In this document: positions 9,912 to 18,930 of the stretch, piece by piece
How positions within the stretch are numbered: the stretch's first letter is position 1
Layout: each line of letters opens with the position of its first letter
DNA from: Gaiellaceae bacterium
GTDB lineage: Bacteria > Actinomycetota > Thermoleophilia > Gaiellales > Gaiellaceae
Length of the DNA stretch: 64,000 bases
Direction of reading: 5' to 3'
NCBI GenBank assembly: GCA_035456125.1
Contig: DATIDT010000029.1
Span: 8,694-72,693, forward strand
Made by a program: the position numbers and the translations under genes
Notes under the pieces: generated by a model
Database searches by the model: none
The model's input: the letters and a program-made list of their open reading frames with translations, nothing else
What the model was told of the DNA's origin: nothing

Positions 9912-10185
9912 CGCGCACCATCCTGATCGCGCCGGTCGGGCACACCGCCGCGCAGAGCTCACAACCCTTGCAGTAGTCGTCGTCGAAGCCGAGGAAGGTG
10001 GCGTCGTCGACGCGCACGGCTGAGTCGGGGCAGTAGAGCCAGCACAGCAGGCAGTTGACACAGGCGGAGAGATCGACCTCCGGCTTGAGACCCGTTCGCC
10101 AGCTGCCGGTTCGCGGCTGAACGGCCTCGCCCGGCAGCACGGTGCCGCCGACGCGGAGGTCACGCCACGCGCTCAGCTCAGACAT
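9901..10185 (-). CDS. porD: 2-oxoacid:ferredoxin oxidoreductase delta subunit (2x[4Fe-4S] ferredoxin)
   Basis: CVNCLLCWLYCP and CKGCELCAAVCP cluster motifs. GAGGAGGGG RBS. Confidence 0.85.
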   Translation of the reverse strand: MSELSAWRDLRVGGTVLPGEAVQPRTGSWRTGLKPEVDLSACVNCLLCWLYCPDSAVRVDDATFLGFDDDYCKGCELCAAVCPTGAIRMVRDGD

Positions 10186-10700
10186 GCGTACCCCTCCTCG
10201 ACGGCGGCTCGCACCTTCGCCGCGGGCACCTTCTTGCCGAGCAGCTCGACAGCCGCGTCCGCGACGTCGCCGACGCCCGGCTCGCCGACGGCCGCTGCGA
10301 GCGCTCCGACCATGATCAGGTTCGCGAACTTGGAGCCGTGGCGCTCCGCCAACCGGGTGGCCGGGATGCAGATCACGTCCTCGCCGGCAAGCTCCTCGGG
10401 CACGGCATCCGCGTTCAGCAGCACGACACCGTCGCGCTCGAGCCCGTCCGTCACGTCGACCTCGTGGAGCAGCGACGGCTCGAGCACCACGACGACGTCG
10501 GGATGGGTGATCGCGTCGTGCCTGCGGATCCGGACGTCGTCGACGCGGGTGTACGCCCGCAACGGCGCGCCGCGCCGTTCAGGCCCGTACTCCGGGAACG
10601 CCTGGACGCTCTTGCCGGCACGCAGCGCAGCGGTCGCGTACAGCTGCGACGCAGTCTTCGCGCCTTGTCCCGCGCGGGCGTGCCAGCGAATCTCTCTCAC
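10173..10700 (-). CDS. porG: 2-oxoacid:ferredoxin oxidoreductase gamma subunit
   Basis: MREIRWHARAGQGAKTASQLY..., typical gamma N-terminus. 4-nt overlap with the upstream gene. Confidence 0.85.
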   Translation of the reverse strand: MREIRWHARAGQGAKTASQLYATAALRAGKSVQAFPEYGPERRGAPLRAYTRVDDVRIRRHDAITHPDVVVVLEPSLLHEVDVTDGLERDGVVLLNADAVPEELAGEDVICIPATRLAERHGSKFANLIMVGALAAAVGEPGVGDVADAAVELLGKKVPAAKVRAAVEEGYACLS

Positions 10701-12070
10701 GGCTCACGCCTCCCCACGAACGCGTCGACGCCCGCGGCCGCGATCTTCGCGGCGCGTACGGCCTCGACGACAGTCGCGCCGCCGTTCGCAACGTCCCCCG
10801 CGGCGAAGTACTTCGGATTTGTCGTCTGGCCCGTCTCGCGGTCGATCCTCGGCCGCCCGCGCTCGAGCTCGAGCCGATCGATCAGCTCGAAGAGCTCGGT
10901 GCGGTTGCGCTGACCGATCGCCTTCACGACCGTGTCCGCCGGAAGCACGAACTCGGTTCCGGGCAGCTCCTCGGGGCTGCGCCTGCCGCTCTCGTCGGGC
11001 TCGCCCAGGCGGCAGCGCCGGCACTCGACCCCGGTCAAGGACTCGCTGCCGAGGAAGCGCAACGGAACGGTCAACCACTCGATCTGGACGCCCTCGTCGA
11101 GCGCCTCTTCGATCTCGTGCGGATAGGCCGGCATCTCGGCTTGCGTGCGGCGGTAGAGCATCGTGACCGTGCCCGCGCCGAGGATCTGCGCCTCGCGCGC
11201 GACGTCGACGGCCGTGTTGCCGCCGCCGATCACCACGACCGACTCGCCGACGTCGGGCGGCGCGCCGTTCTTGATCGCGTCGATGAACGGCAGCGAGTTC
11301 CAAACCCCGGGAAGCGAGTCGCCGGGATACACAACGTCGGCGTCCGCGCCCATGCCGACCGCGAGCACGACGGCGTCGTTGAACGACTCGATGTACGCGA
11401 GAGCGTCGCGCGTGTCGATTGCGACGCCGAGCTCGAACTTCACGCCGAGATGCGTGAGCGCGCGGAGCTCCTCCGGCAGCGGCTCCTGCTGCAACCTGTA
11501 CGGGGCGATCGCGAACCGCGCCAGCCCGCCGCCCTCGACGCGCTCGTCGTACACGGTGACGTCGAAGCCGCGGGCCGCAAGCTCACCGGCGCAGACGAGG
11601 CCGGCCGGGCCTGCGCCGATGACAGCCACGCTGTACCAGTTGCGCGGACACGCGCGGCGCAGCGGCCTGTCGGCGTCGAGCGCGGCGTCGGTCGCGAACC
11701 GCTGCAGCCGTGCGATCTCGAGAGGTCGCCGCCCCTCGTGCGCAAGCAGGCACGCCGCTTCGCAGAGCGTCTCGACCGGGCAGACCCGCGCGCACGTGCC
11801 GCCGAGCAGGTTCTCCGCGAAGATCGTTGCCGCGGCCGCCTGGCGGTCGCCGCGCGCGAGCGCCCCGACGAATGCGGGAACGTCGACGTTCGCAGGGCAT
11901 GCCGTCACGCACGGCGCCGGTGCGTACGGGCCGCCGCACTCGAGGCAACGGTCGGCCTCGAGCAGCGCCTCGCCCTCGGTCAAGGGCGGGCGGAGCTCCT
12001 CGAAGACTGTTCGGTGGTCCGCGGTGGCGGTCATCGCTTCGAGTGTGGTCTCCGCGGAAGACCTGGACAT
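10697..12070 (-). CDS. GltD/SudA-like NAD(P)H-dependent FAD + Fe-S oxidoreductase
   Basis: N-terminal Cys clusters (CLECGGPYAPAPCVTACP; CARVCPVETLCEAAC), then VAVIGAGPAGL and VVVIGGGNTAVD dinucleotide folds. Start could instead be M13 (12034). Confidence 0.8.
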   Translation of the reverse strand: MSRSSAETTLEAMTATADHRTVFEELRPPLTEGEALLEADRCLECGGPYAPAPCVTACPANVDVPAFVGALARGDRQAAAATIFAENLLGGTCARVCPVETLCEAACLLAHEGRRPLEIARLQRFATDAALDADRPLRRACPRNWYSVAVIGAGPAGLVCAGELAARGFDVTVYDERVEGGGLARFAIAPYRLQQEPLPEELRALTHLGVKFELGVAIDTRDALAYIESFNDAVVLAVGMGADADVVYPGDSLPGVWNSLPFIDAIKNGAPPDVGESVVVIGGGNTAVDVAREAQILGAGTVTMLYRRTQAEMPAYPHEIEEALDEGVQIEWLTVPLRFLGSESLTGVECRRCRLGEPDESGRRSPEELPGTEFVLPADTVVKAIGQRNRTELFELIDRLELERGRPRIDRETGQTTNPKYFAAGDVANGGATVVEAVRAAKIAAAGVDAFVGRREP

Positions 12071-12088
12071 CGGTAGGGCTACGGAGGG

Positions 12089-12418
12089 CTATCCGTGGAA
12101 AGGCGCAAGCTTTTCGCGACTCTGCGCGGCCCAGGAATAAGCCACGCGTGCGATCCGCGGCTGCTCCTCGACGATGTCTCGCCAGTCCTCGAAGGCCGCG
12201 TGGAGGTCCCAGTGGAACGGCTCGTCGACGAGCCCGTCGACGGTCCACTCGACCTCGTCGCCCTCGAAGACGAAAACGACCTCGCCGGCGGAGAGGAAGA
12301 TCGTGTGGCGTCGCAATCCGATCGCTTCGGGATCGAACGGCGCGCCGCGTCCGATCAGCTCCGCGGCTCGTGGCTCCGCGCCCGGCTTCAAGCGGGCGAC
12401 GATTGCAAGCTGATCCAT
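12089..12418 (-). CDS. Small alpha+beta protein, TcmI/polyketide-cyclase-like family (paralog of 36792..37112)
   Basis: GAGGAGGAGC RBS. MDQLAIVARLKPG...VVFVFEGDEVEW...RVAYSW. Family call is from memory of the TcmI pattern. Confidence 0.6.
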   Translation of the reverse strand: MDQLAIVARLKPGAEPRAAELIGRGAPFDPEAIGLRRHTIFLSAGEVVFVFEGDEVEWTVDGLVDEPFHWDLHAAFEDWRDIVEEQPRIARVAYSWAAQSREKLAPFHG

Positions 12419-13212
12419 GAGCTCCTCCTCGCTCTGCTCTGACGTTGGGATGGGAGACGCAGGGGAATGAGCAGCACCGGCGTCCGGCCGCGTTCGAGCA
12501 GCTCGTGCACGATCGGCGCGCGTCCGGCCGCCAGCTTCTGCGCCCACCCGATTGCGATCAGATCGGCCTTGGCCTCGGCGGCCGCCCGGAGGATCTCCTC
12601 CTCGCGGCGCCCCACGCGCACGTCGACCCTGACGCTGCCGATGCCCCAGGGGCAGTAGCGCGCCACGAACTCCTCACGCCATGCATCGGCTTCGTGCTGG
12701 GGCTGGTCGGTGAACAAGGGCAAGGTCGCCTCGTCGTGGACGTGCAGAACGACGACCTCGATCTGCGCGTCGTCGGCGAGCTGGATGAGCGTCTTGGGCG
12801 CGAGCGAGGTCAGCGGCGTCCCCTCGAGCGGCACGAGCACCCGCTCGAGCCTGCCGGGCCGCTCCGCGTCGGGCGGAACGACGACGACCGGCTTCGGTTG
12901 CGACGTGATCACCTCCAGCGCGGTCGAGCCGAGCTCGCGCCCGCTGGGAAGACCTCGAGCGCCGACGACGAGCACGACCGCGTCCTCCTTCGCTGCCGCG
13001 CCGGCGAGCGCCGGGACGACGTCGCCCTCGAGTCGCCGCAGCTCCAATCCGGCGGCCGCGGCCGCTGCGGCCGCAATGCGGTCTCCGTCCTCTCCGACGT
13101 GAACCGCGTCGATCTCGGCACCGAAGACCGAGCCGAGCTTCTGCGCCGTCGCAAGCACGGTGGCCGCGGCGGCACTGTTGTCGAGCGCTGCAATCACCTT
13201 TTTCATGGTCAT
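12388..13212 (-). CDS. Tandem universal stress protein (two USP domains)
   Basis: ATGA coupling to the GH65 gene stop, AAGGGAG RBS. MTMKKVIAALDNS...VVVVP... then ...VLVPLEGT...IAIGW...TPVLLIP. Confidence 0.8.
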   Translation of the reverse strand: MTMKKVIAALDNSAAAATVLATAQKLGSVFGAEIDAVHVGEDGDRIAAAAAAAAGLELRRLEGDVVPALAGAAAKEDAVVLVVGARGLPSGRELGSTALEVITSQPKPVVVVPPDAERPGRLERVLVPLEGTPLTSLAPKTLIQLADDAQIEVVVLHVHDEATLPLFTDQPQHEADAWREEFVARYCPWGIGSVRVDVRVGRREEEILRAAAEAKADLIAIGWAQKLAAGRAPIVHELLERGRTPVLLIPLRLPSQRQSRARRSSWISLQSSPA

Positions 13213-16148
13213 GCTCCCTTCGAGAAGACTCTGTGCCGCGTGCCGAGGACCGACACCGGCACCTTCGGATCGGCGTCGACCGCGATCGCGTCGTGCTCGA
13301 TCCGGATGCGGACGGGGAAACCGCGAAAGCTGAGCCGGACTTCGAGCGCATCCCACGCGTCCGGCAAGACGGGATCGACGGTGAGGCGGCGCGGGGTCGC
13401 ACGCACGCCGGCGAAGCCGAAGACGAGCGCCTGCCAGACGCCGCCCATCGTCGCGAGGTGCACTCCACCCGACGTCGTGCCGGTCAGGTCGTCGACGTCG
13501 AGCCGGCACGAGAGCTTCAAAGCGTCGAGCGCGGCGCCCAGCCTGCGGGCGCGCGCGAACAGCGCAGCGTGAATCGCGGGCGAGAGCGAGCTCCCGTGCG
13601 CCGTCCGCGGCTCGTAGTGCGACAGGTTGGCCTCGAGCGACCCGGCTGCGACCTCCTCCGGCACGAGGTGGTGCAACATCAGCACGTCCGCCTGCTTCAC
13701 GACCTGTGCGCGGGCGACTCGCTCGTGACCGAGCAGCAAGTCGGCGGCAAACGGCCGCCTGGCGAGGTCGGCCACGACCAGCGGCTCCAGCCGATGAAAG
13801 CCCGCGAACTGCTCGTAGATCTGGGTCGCGGGGTCGAAGCCGTCGACAAGCCGATCCGCAAGCTCCTGCCACAGGCGCCGTTCGTCCTCCGCGACGGCTC
13901 CCGCAGCGACGGCGGCTGCATGACGGAGGTTCCAGCGGGCCATGACGTTCGTGAACGCATTGTCGTCGACGGGCTCGTGGTATTCGTCCGGGCCGATCAC
14001 GCGGTCGATGTGCGCGCGGCCGACGGCGTCCCGGCGAATCCTCGAGGCCCAGTAGCGAGCTGTCTCGACGAGGAGCTCCCGTCCAGGGCCGTGCGCAAAC
14101 GCAGAGTCGTCGGTCCAGTCGACGTAGAAGCTGGCCGCCCAGGCGACGTCCGCGACGATGTGCTCTTCGAGCTCGCCGGTGCGAATCGGCACGTCGCGGC
14201 CCGCCTGGTCGAAGGCATGAGACGGCGTCACGTCCGCCCCCGACGCCGCAGACTCCCACGGAAACCGCGCACCGGCACGACCGAGACGCGCCGCGTTCGC
14301 ACGCGCGGCATCGAGGCGACGCAGCCGGTACTCGAGCATCGCGCGTGCCGCCGGCGGGTGGGTCGCGGCCAGGAAAGGCAACACGAACACGTCGCTGTCC
14401 CAGAAGACATGCCCGCGGTACGCCGGGCCGCTCAACCCACGTGCGCCGACCGCGGCTTCGCCTGTGTCCGCCGCCGAGCTCATCAGGTGGAAGAGCGCGA
14501 AGCGCACGAGCCGCTGCAGCTCGTCGTCACCCTCGATGACGACATCGGCGGTGTGCCAGCGCTGTGCCCACCGCGCCCGGTGCTCGCCGAGCAGGCCGTC
14601 GAACCCAGCGAGTCGCGCGCCGGCGACGAGGTCGACTGCATCCTCGGGATCGGGAGCCGCCGTCGCGTCCACGACATATGCGGCAAACCTGTCGAGCACG
14701 CCGCCCTCCAGCCGATCGCGCGCCGCGGCGACGACGCCTCCGTCGCCGGCCTGCGCCCGCGCCCATTCGACACCGTCGACGACGCCGTCCTCGATCCCAC
14801 TCTCGACCGCGCTCAGCGGGCGGTCGGACTCGAGCAGCTCGGGCAGGCCGCGCGCTCGCAGGACGGGCGTGCCCGGACGCGCGAGCGACGAGAAGAGGAG
14901 CGCATCGACCTCGCCGTTCCGTCCGAGCCGCTGGCGCAGCGTCCCGGTTCGAAGGTCGAGGCGGCGCTCGAACCACAATGGCTCGGGCAGCTCGCCGTCG
15001 AGGCGCGTCCAGACGGGACAAAGCGGAAGCTCGCTCTCCGCCCCTGCACCGGCGTACACGCCGGCGGCGAGCACCCGCGGCCGCGCGGCCGCGTGCTCGC
15101 CGACGGGGCTGCCGCTCGTCCCGATGACGCCGTCGGCGAGGGTCAGCAGCGCTGCGTGCGCGCGCTCGCGCTCCGGATCGAAGCCCCGGACCGTCACCGA
15201 CCAGCGTTCGTCGTCGACGAGCTGCGGCAGCTCGCGCGCGCGCCGGCGAGCCAGCTGGTCCTCGAGGACGCCCGCGAAGGCGTCAGGGCCGCCGGGGAAA
15301 GCCACGACTCCCGGCGGCGTCCCGGTCGGCTCGCGACCGACCGAGAACGCGGTGGCGTCCCCGAGCAGCAGATACGAGTCACTGCCCGGGATCCCGCCCA
15401 GCGGCCCGAACTCGTCTCCCGCGACGAGCACCTGGGACGCAGCGACGCCGAGCCCCCAGAGCTCGGCGAGGACCCAGCGCGCGGAATCGGCCTTGTCCGT
15501 GAGTCCGATCTCGACGTGCTTCGCATCGCTCGTCACCTTGGCTGCAGGCAGGCCCGCCGCGGTTGCGGCGCCCTCTGCGATGGCGACAGCGTCCCGGAGA
15601 CCGTCGAGGCCGGCCTGCCGCAGCCGCCCCTCGACGGCCGCCAGCAGCTCTGCGATCCGCGCCTTCGGCGGATCCGCCCACTCCGGCTCGGGAATGAGAT
15701 CCACCTTCCGCCGGTTGAGCCGCTGCGAGACGACGGCCGCACGCACGCCTCGCGCGGCGAGCGCCGCGACCGTCGCCGCGGCGGCCGCGTCCAGCGCGGC
15801 GTCCTCTTCCGACGTCGCCTGACGGCGGAAGACGAGCTCCGCGCCATCGAGGCCGACGCGATACACCTCGGAGCCACGATTCAGGCACAGATAGAGCAGC
15901 CCAGGGCCGGAGGGCCTCGCCCTGAGCTGGCCGTCGACGTTGCCGACGTGCGTTCCCGTCACGACGGCGAGGTGGAGCCCCGCCCGCGAGAGCTGCTCGA
16001 CGAGGTCGCGCACCTGTGACGCGTCCGCTTTGCGGTCGGGGACGGCAGTGCCGTCCCAGTCGAACACGATCGCCTCGAAGCGCCGCGCGAGCTCCTCGGG
16101 CAGGTTTCGACCGGGCGGGACGAGCGGCGGCGACTCGGCGACGGTCAT
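13209..16148 (-). CDS. HAD-phosphatase-like domain fused to a GH65 glycoside phosphorylase/hydrolase (OtsB1-like architecture)
   Basis: 979 aa. N-terminus IVFDWDGTAV...VVTGT (HAD motifs I/II). C-terminal GH65 core ...GARGLSGPAYRGHVFWDSDVF...IGPDEYHEPVDDNAFTN...KQADVLML. Confidence 0.85.
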   Translation of the reverse strand: MTVAESPPLVPPGRNLPEELARRFEAIVFDWDGTAVPDRKADASQVRDLVEQLSRAGLHLAVVTGTHVGNVDGQLRARPSGPGLLYLCLNRGSEVYRVGLDGAELVFRRQATSEEDAALDAAAAATVAALAARGVRAAVVSQRLNRRKVDLIPEPEWADPPKARIAELLAAVEGRLRQAGLDGLRDAVAIAEGAATAAGLPAAKVTSDAKHVEIGLTDKADSARWVLAELWGLGVAASQVLVAGDEFGPLGGIPGSDSYLLLGDATAFSVGREPTGTPPGVVAFPGGPDAFAGVLEDQLARRRARELPQLVDDERWSVTVRGFDPERERAHAALLTLADGVIGTSGSPVGEHAAARPRVLAAGVYAGAGAESELPLCPVWTRLDGELPEPLWFERRLDLRTGTLRQRLGRNGEVDALLFSSLARPGTPVLRARGLPELLESDRPLSAVESGIEDGVVDGVEWARAQAGDGGVVAAARDRLEGGVLDRFAAYVVDATAAPDPEDAVDLVAGARLAGFDGLLGEHRARWAQRWHTADVVIEGDDELQRLVRFALFHLMSSAADTGEAAVGARGLSGPAYRGHVFWDSDVFVLPFLAATHPPAARAMLEYRLRRLDAARANAARLGRAGARFPWESAASGADVTPSHAFDQAGRDVPIRTGELEEHIVADVAWAASFYVDWTDDSAFAHGPGRELLVETARYWASRIRRDAVGRAHIDRVIGPDEYHEPVDDNAFTNVMARWNLRHAAAVAAGAVAEDERRLWQELADRLVDGFDPATQIYEQFAGFHRLEPLVVADLARRPFAADLLLGHERVARAQVVKQADVLMLHHLVPEEVAAGSLEANLSHYEPRTAHGSSLSPAIHAALFARARRLGAALDALKLSCRLDVDDLTGTTSGGVHLATMGGVWQALVFGFAGVRATPRRLTVDPVLPDAWDALEVRLSFRGFPVRIRIEHDAIAVDADPKVPVSVLGTRHRVFSKGA

Positions 16149-16149
16149 C

Positions 16150-16524
16150 TCAAGCCCTCGAGGACGCCGCCTCCACCAGATCGAGGACGGAGATCACGCC
16201 CAGCGGCCGATACAGGCGGTCGACGGCAACGGCATGCGTCGACGCCGTCTCGTGCATCCGCGCGAGCGCGTCGTCCACCGTGTCCGAAAGCCTGACGAGC
16301 GGCGCGCTGCCCGCGATATCCCTGGCGCGAAGCGAGTCGAGACCTTCCGTGTACAGCGCCGATGCGATGTCCGAATCCGTCACGAGCCGGGGCACGTCAC
16401 CGGCCGCGACGACGACGACGGCGTGAATCCGATGCGCGGCCATCATTCCCGCGACCTTCACCGCCGGCGTGTCCGGCGTGCAGGTGACGACGCCGCGATG
16501 CATCACGTCGCGAACGCGGTCCAT
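16150..16524 (-). CDS. CBS-domain pair protein
   Basis: GAGGAGG RBS then MDRVRDVMHRGVVTC.... Two CBS repeats. Stop is 1 nt from the GH65 start. Confidence 0.8.
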   Translation of the reverse strand: MDRVRDVMHRGVVTCTPDTPAVKVAGMMAAHRIHAVVVVAAGDVPRLVTDSDIASALYTEGLDSLRARDIAGSAPLVRLSDTVDDALARMHETASTHAVAVDRLYRPLGVISVLDLVEAASSRA

Positions 16525-16620
16525 GACTCCCACCTCCTCGCAGACGCTGTCGGCGCGATCATCGCTGCACACGTCGGATGCGCCATCCGCAGCGACGCGG
16601 AACCCGCGTGCGGCGAAGTA

Positions 16621-17436
16621 CTAGGCCACGAGCTCGCGGCGGTCGAATGCCACTGGACCGAGGGCCGCAGCAACGGCGGCGATCCCGACGAGCACGGCGA
16701 TGTGGCCGAGCGCGAGCCCGTGCCGGAGCGGATCGCTCGCCGTGTAGTGGTAGAAGGGCGACACCTTCTGCAGCGGCTCGAGCGCGTCGACCAGGGGCGC
16801 AAGGCCGTTCAGCACGTACGCCGCCACCGCGAGGGCGGCAGTGCCCGCGACCGCACGCGCGCGCCGCCCGGTGAGAGCGCCGAGCAGGAGCGCGATCGCC
16901 CCGAACCCCAGCGCAAGCACGACTGCGCTCGCGGTCGCGGCAGCGAGATGCGCAGCGGAGACGTCGAGACCGGCCGCGCGGCACCCGACCAGCAGCGCGA
17001 CGAACAGCACGGCTCCGAGCGCGACCACCTCGAGCAGGAGAGCGGCGAGCTTCTCGCCGGCAACGCGCCGGCGCGAAACGGGATTCGCCAGCAGAAGGTC
17101 GGCCGTTCCCGCCTCCTCCTCCCCTGCCAGCGCACGTGCTCCGGCGCCGATCGCCGCAACCAGCAGGAGGAGGGGAACCATCAGCGCGAAGAGCTCGCTG
17201 CCGAGATACCCGGCGCCCGACGTGTAGTCGAGCTCGCCGCCGAAGGCGACGAAGCCCTTCAGGGCCTGCGGGTAGTCGTGGACGAGCTTGTTCAGCGCCG
17301 GGTTCCCGTGGACGGACGGGTAGACGGAGACCATCAGCGCGACGAGCCCGATCAGGCCGAGCGACCACCAGATCAGCGCGCGCGTCGAGTCGCGCAGCGT
17401 CTTCAGGAGGACGTTACGCAGCACGCCGCTCGTCAC
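16621..17436 (-). CDS. ABC-2 family transporter permease
   Basis: 271 aa, six TM segments, GTG start overlapping the ATPase 3' end by 23 nt. Confidence 0.75.
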   Translation of the reverse strand: MTSGVLRNVLLKTLRDSTRALIWWSLGLIGLVALMVSVYPSVHGNPALNKLVHDYPQALKGFVAFGGELDYTSGAGYLGSELFALMVPLLLLVAAIGAGARALAGEEEAGTADLLLANPVSRRRVAGEKLAALLLEVVALGAVLFVALLVGCRAAGLDVSAAHLAAATASAVVLALGFGAIALLLGALTGRRARAVAGTAALAVAAYVLNGLAPLVDALEPLQKVSPFYHYTASDPLRHGLALGHIAVLVGIAAVAAALGPVAFDRRELVA

Positions 17437-18316
17437 CGCGGTAGAGGGACAAGAAGACGTCCTCGAGATCGGCCTCGTGGCTGTTCAGCGCCACGACTCG
17501 ATGCTGCGCGAGTGTCTTGACGAAGGCGTCGATCTCGCCGCGGACGTGAAACACGACCACCGCGCCGCGACGCTCGATTTCGCCAACGTGCTCGATGCCG
17601 TCGAAGGCCTGCAGCGGCGGCGGCGCCCCGAAGGTGACCTCGATGCGACTCAGCGCACGCGCGCGCAGACTGTCGACGTCGTCGACGAGCGCCAGGCGCC
17701 CGTCGCGGACGAGCGCGACGCGGTCGGCGACGTGCTGCACCTCCGACAGGACGTGCGACGAGAGAAAGACGGTTCGGCCGCTTGCGGCCGTCTCGCGCGC
17801 AAGGTCGTTGAACGTCTGCTGCACGAGCGGATCGAGGCCCGACGTCGGCTCGTCGAGGACGAGCAGGTCCGGCTCGTGCATGAACGCCTGCACCAGGCCG
17901 ACCTTCTGCCGCGTTCCGCGCGACAACGCTGCGATCGGCCGGTCGACCGGGAGCTCGAATCGCTCTGCAAGACGTTCCGCGCCGGCCAGCGAGCGCAGCC
18001 CGCGCAGCCCGCCGAAGTAGCGAAACAGCTCGCGCGGCGTCAGGCGGCCGTAGAGGCGAAGGTCGCCCGGAACGTAGCCGAGGCGCCGCCGGACCGCGAC
18101 GCCGTCACGCTGGGCGTCGAGGCCGAAGATCGTCACCCGCCCGGAGGTCGGGCGGATGAGGTCGAGCATCGTCCGGATCGTCGTCGTCTTCCCGGCCCCG
18201 TTCGGCCCGAGGAACCCGAAGACCTCCCCAGGCCGGACGGAGAGGTCGAGCTCGACGATGCCGCGCTCACGGCCGTACGACTTCGTCAGCTGCTCGAGCC
18301 GAACGACGTCCGTCAT
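17414..18316 (-). CDS. ABC transporter ATP-binding protein
   Basis: GPNGAGKTT Walker A, LSRGTRQKV signature, LVLDEPTSGLD Walker B. Confidence 0.9.
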   Translation of the reverse strand: MTDVVRLEQLTKSYGRERGIVELDLSVRPGEVFGFLGPNGAGKTTTIRTMLDLIRPTSGRVTIFGLDAQRDGVAVRRRLGYVPGDLRLYGRLTPRELFRYFGGLRGLRSLAGAERLAERFELPVDRPIAALSRGTRQKVGLVQAFMHEPDLLVLDEPTSGLDPLVQQTFNDLARETAASGRTVFLSSHVLSEVQHVADRVALVRDGRLALVDDVDSLRARALSRIEVTFGAPPPLQAFDGIEHVGEIERRGAVVVFHVRGEIDAFVKTLAQHRVVALNSHEADLEDVFLSLYRGDERRAA

Positions 18317-18328
18317 CAGACGCTGAGG

Positions 18329-18781
18329 CTAATCGCCCGCAGGAACGGGTGCTCGCACCGGCTGCACGACCAGCACGGGACGCCCGGCATGCGCGAGGAC
18401 CTCCCGCGACGTGCTGCCCAGGAAGACACCTTTGAGCCGACCCAGCCCACGCGAGCCGACGACGATCAGGTCCGCTCCGAGCTCGGACGCGAGACGAATG
18501 ATCTGCTTCGGCGGGTAGCCGACGAGCAGCTCGGACGTCGCCTCGACGCCGTGTGCGGCTGCGAGAGCGAGCGCATCCTGGAGAGCCGGATCGTCCTCCG
18601 CGCGCGGCAGGCGCTGCGGCCGCGCAGGCGCGCCTCCGTTCCCGTGCTCCGCGAAGTCGAGGATCGAGACGACGTGCACGACGACGATGCCGGCACCCTC
18701 GTCGGCCGCCAGCTCGACGCCGGCCTCTACCGCGGCCCGACCGGTGGGCGAGCCGTCGGTTGCGATCACGATCTTCCGCAT
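18329..18781 (-). CDS. Universal stress protein
   Basis: GGAAGGAGGTG RBS then MRKIVIATDGSPTG...VVGSRGLGRLKGVFLGSTS...HAGRPVLVV. Confidence 0.85.
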   Translation of the reverse strand: MRKIVIATDGSPTGRAAVEAGVELAADEGAGIVVVHVVSILDFAEHGNGGAPARPQRLPRAEDDPALQDALALAAAHGVEATSELLVGYPPKQIIRLASELGADLIVVGSRGLGRLKGVFLGSTSREVLAHAGRPVLVVQPVRAPVPAGD

Positions 18782-18844
18782 TTCACACCTCCTTCCCGCC
18801 CACTGTGTGACGCCGGAGCCGCACCCGCATCGGCAGAGACCACG

Positions 18845-18861
18845 AAGTACGATCAGTACTT
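18845..18861. promoter_or_regulatory. AT-rich inverted repeat AAGTAC-N5-GTACTT in a divergent promoter region
   Basis: Read directly. It is the most AT-rich patch of the 157-bp spacer between USP (minus) and the SQR-like gene (plus). Confidence 0.3.
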
Positions 18862-18880
18862 GTTCCGATGGCCGGGGCGT

Positions 18881-18930
18881 GGTGTGATGACACCATGAGG
18901 TCGGCTGCGGGAGGTGCAGGGACACGAGTC
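18881..18930. promoter_or_regulatory. Palindrome GGTGTGATGACACC (18881-18894) and a DosR-box-like core GGGAC-ACGA-GTCAC (18917-18930)
   Basis: Read directly. The second matches GGGAC-N4-GTCCC at 9 of 10 core positions. Confidence 0.25.

Noticed and set aside
12388-14259. 623-aa track ORF, and other composite ORFs (7798..8973, 8733..10163, 23924..25117, 25005..27164, 57411..59204, 58265..60160)
   Set aside because: The 5' portions are out-of-gene read-through in the frame of the downstream gene. Internal starts with GGAGG sites and ATGA/GTGA coupling give proteins of canonical length, so only the trimmed versions are reported.
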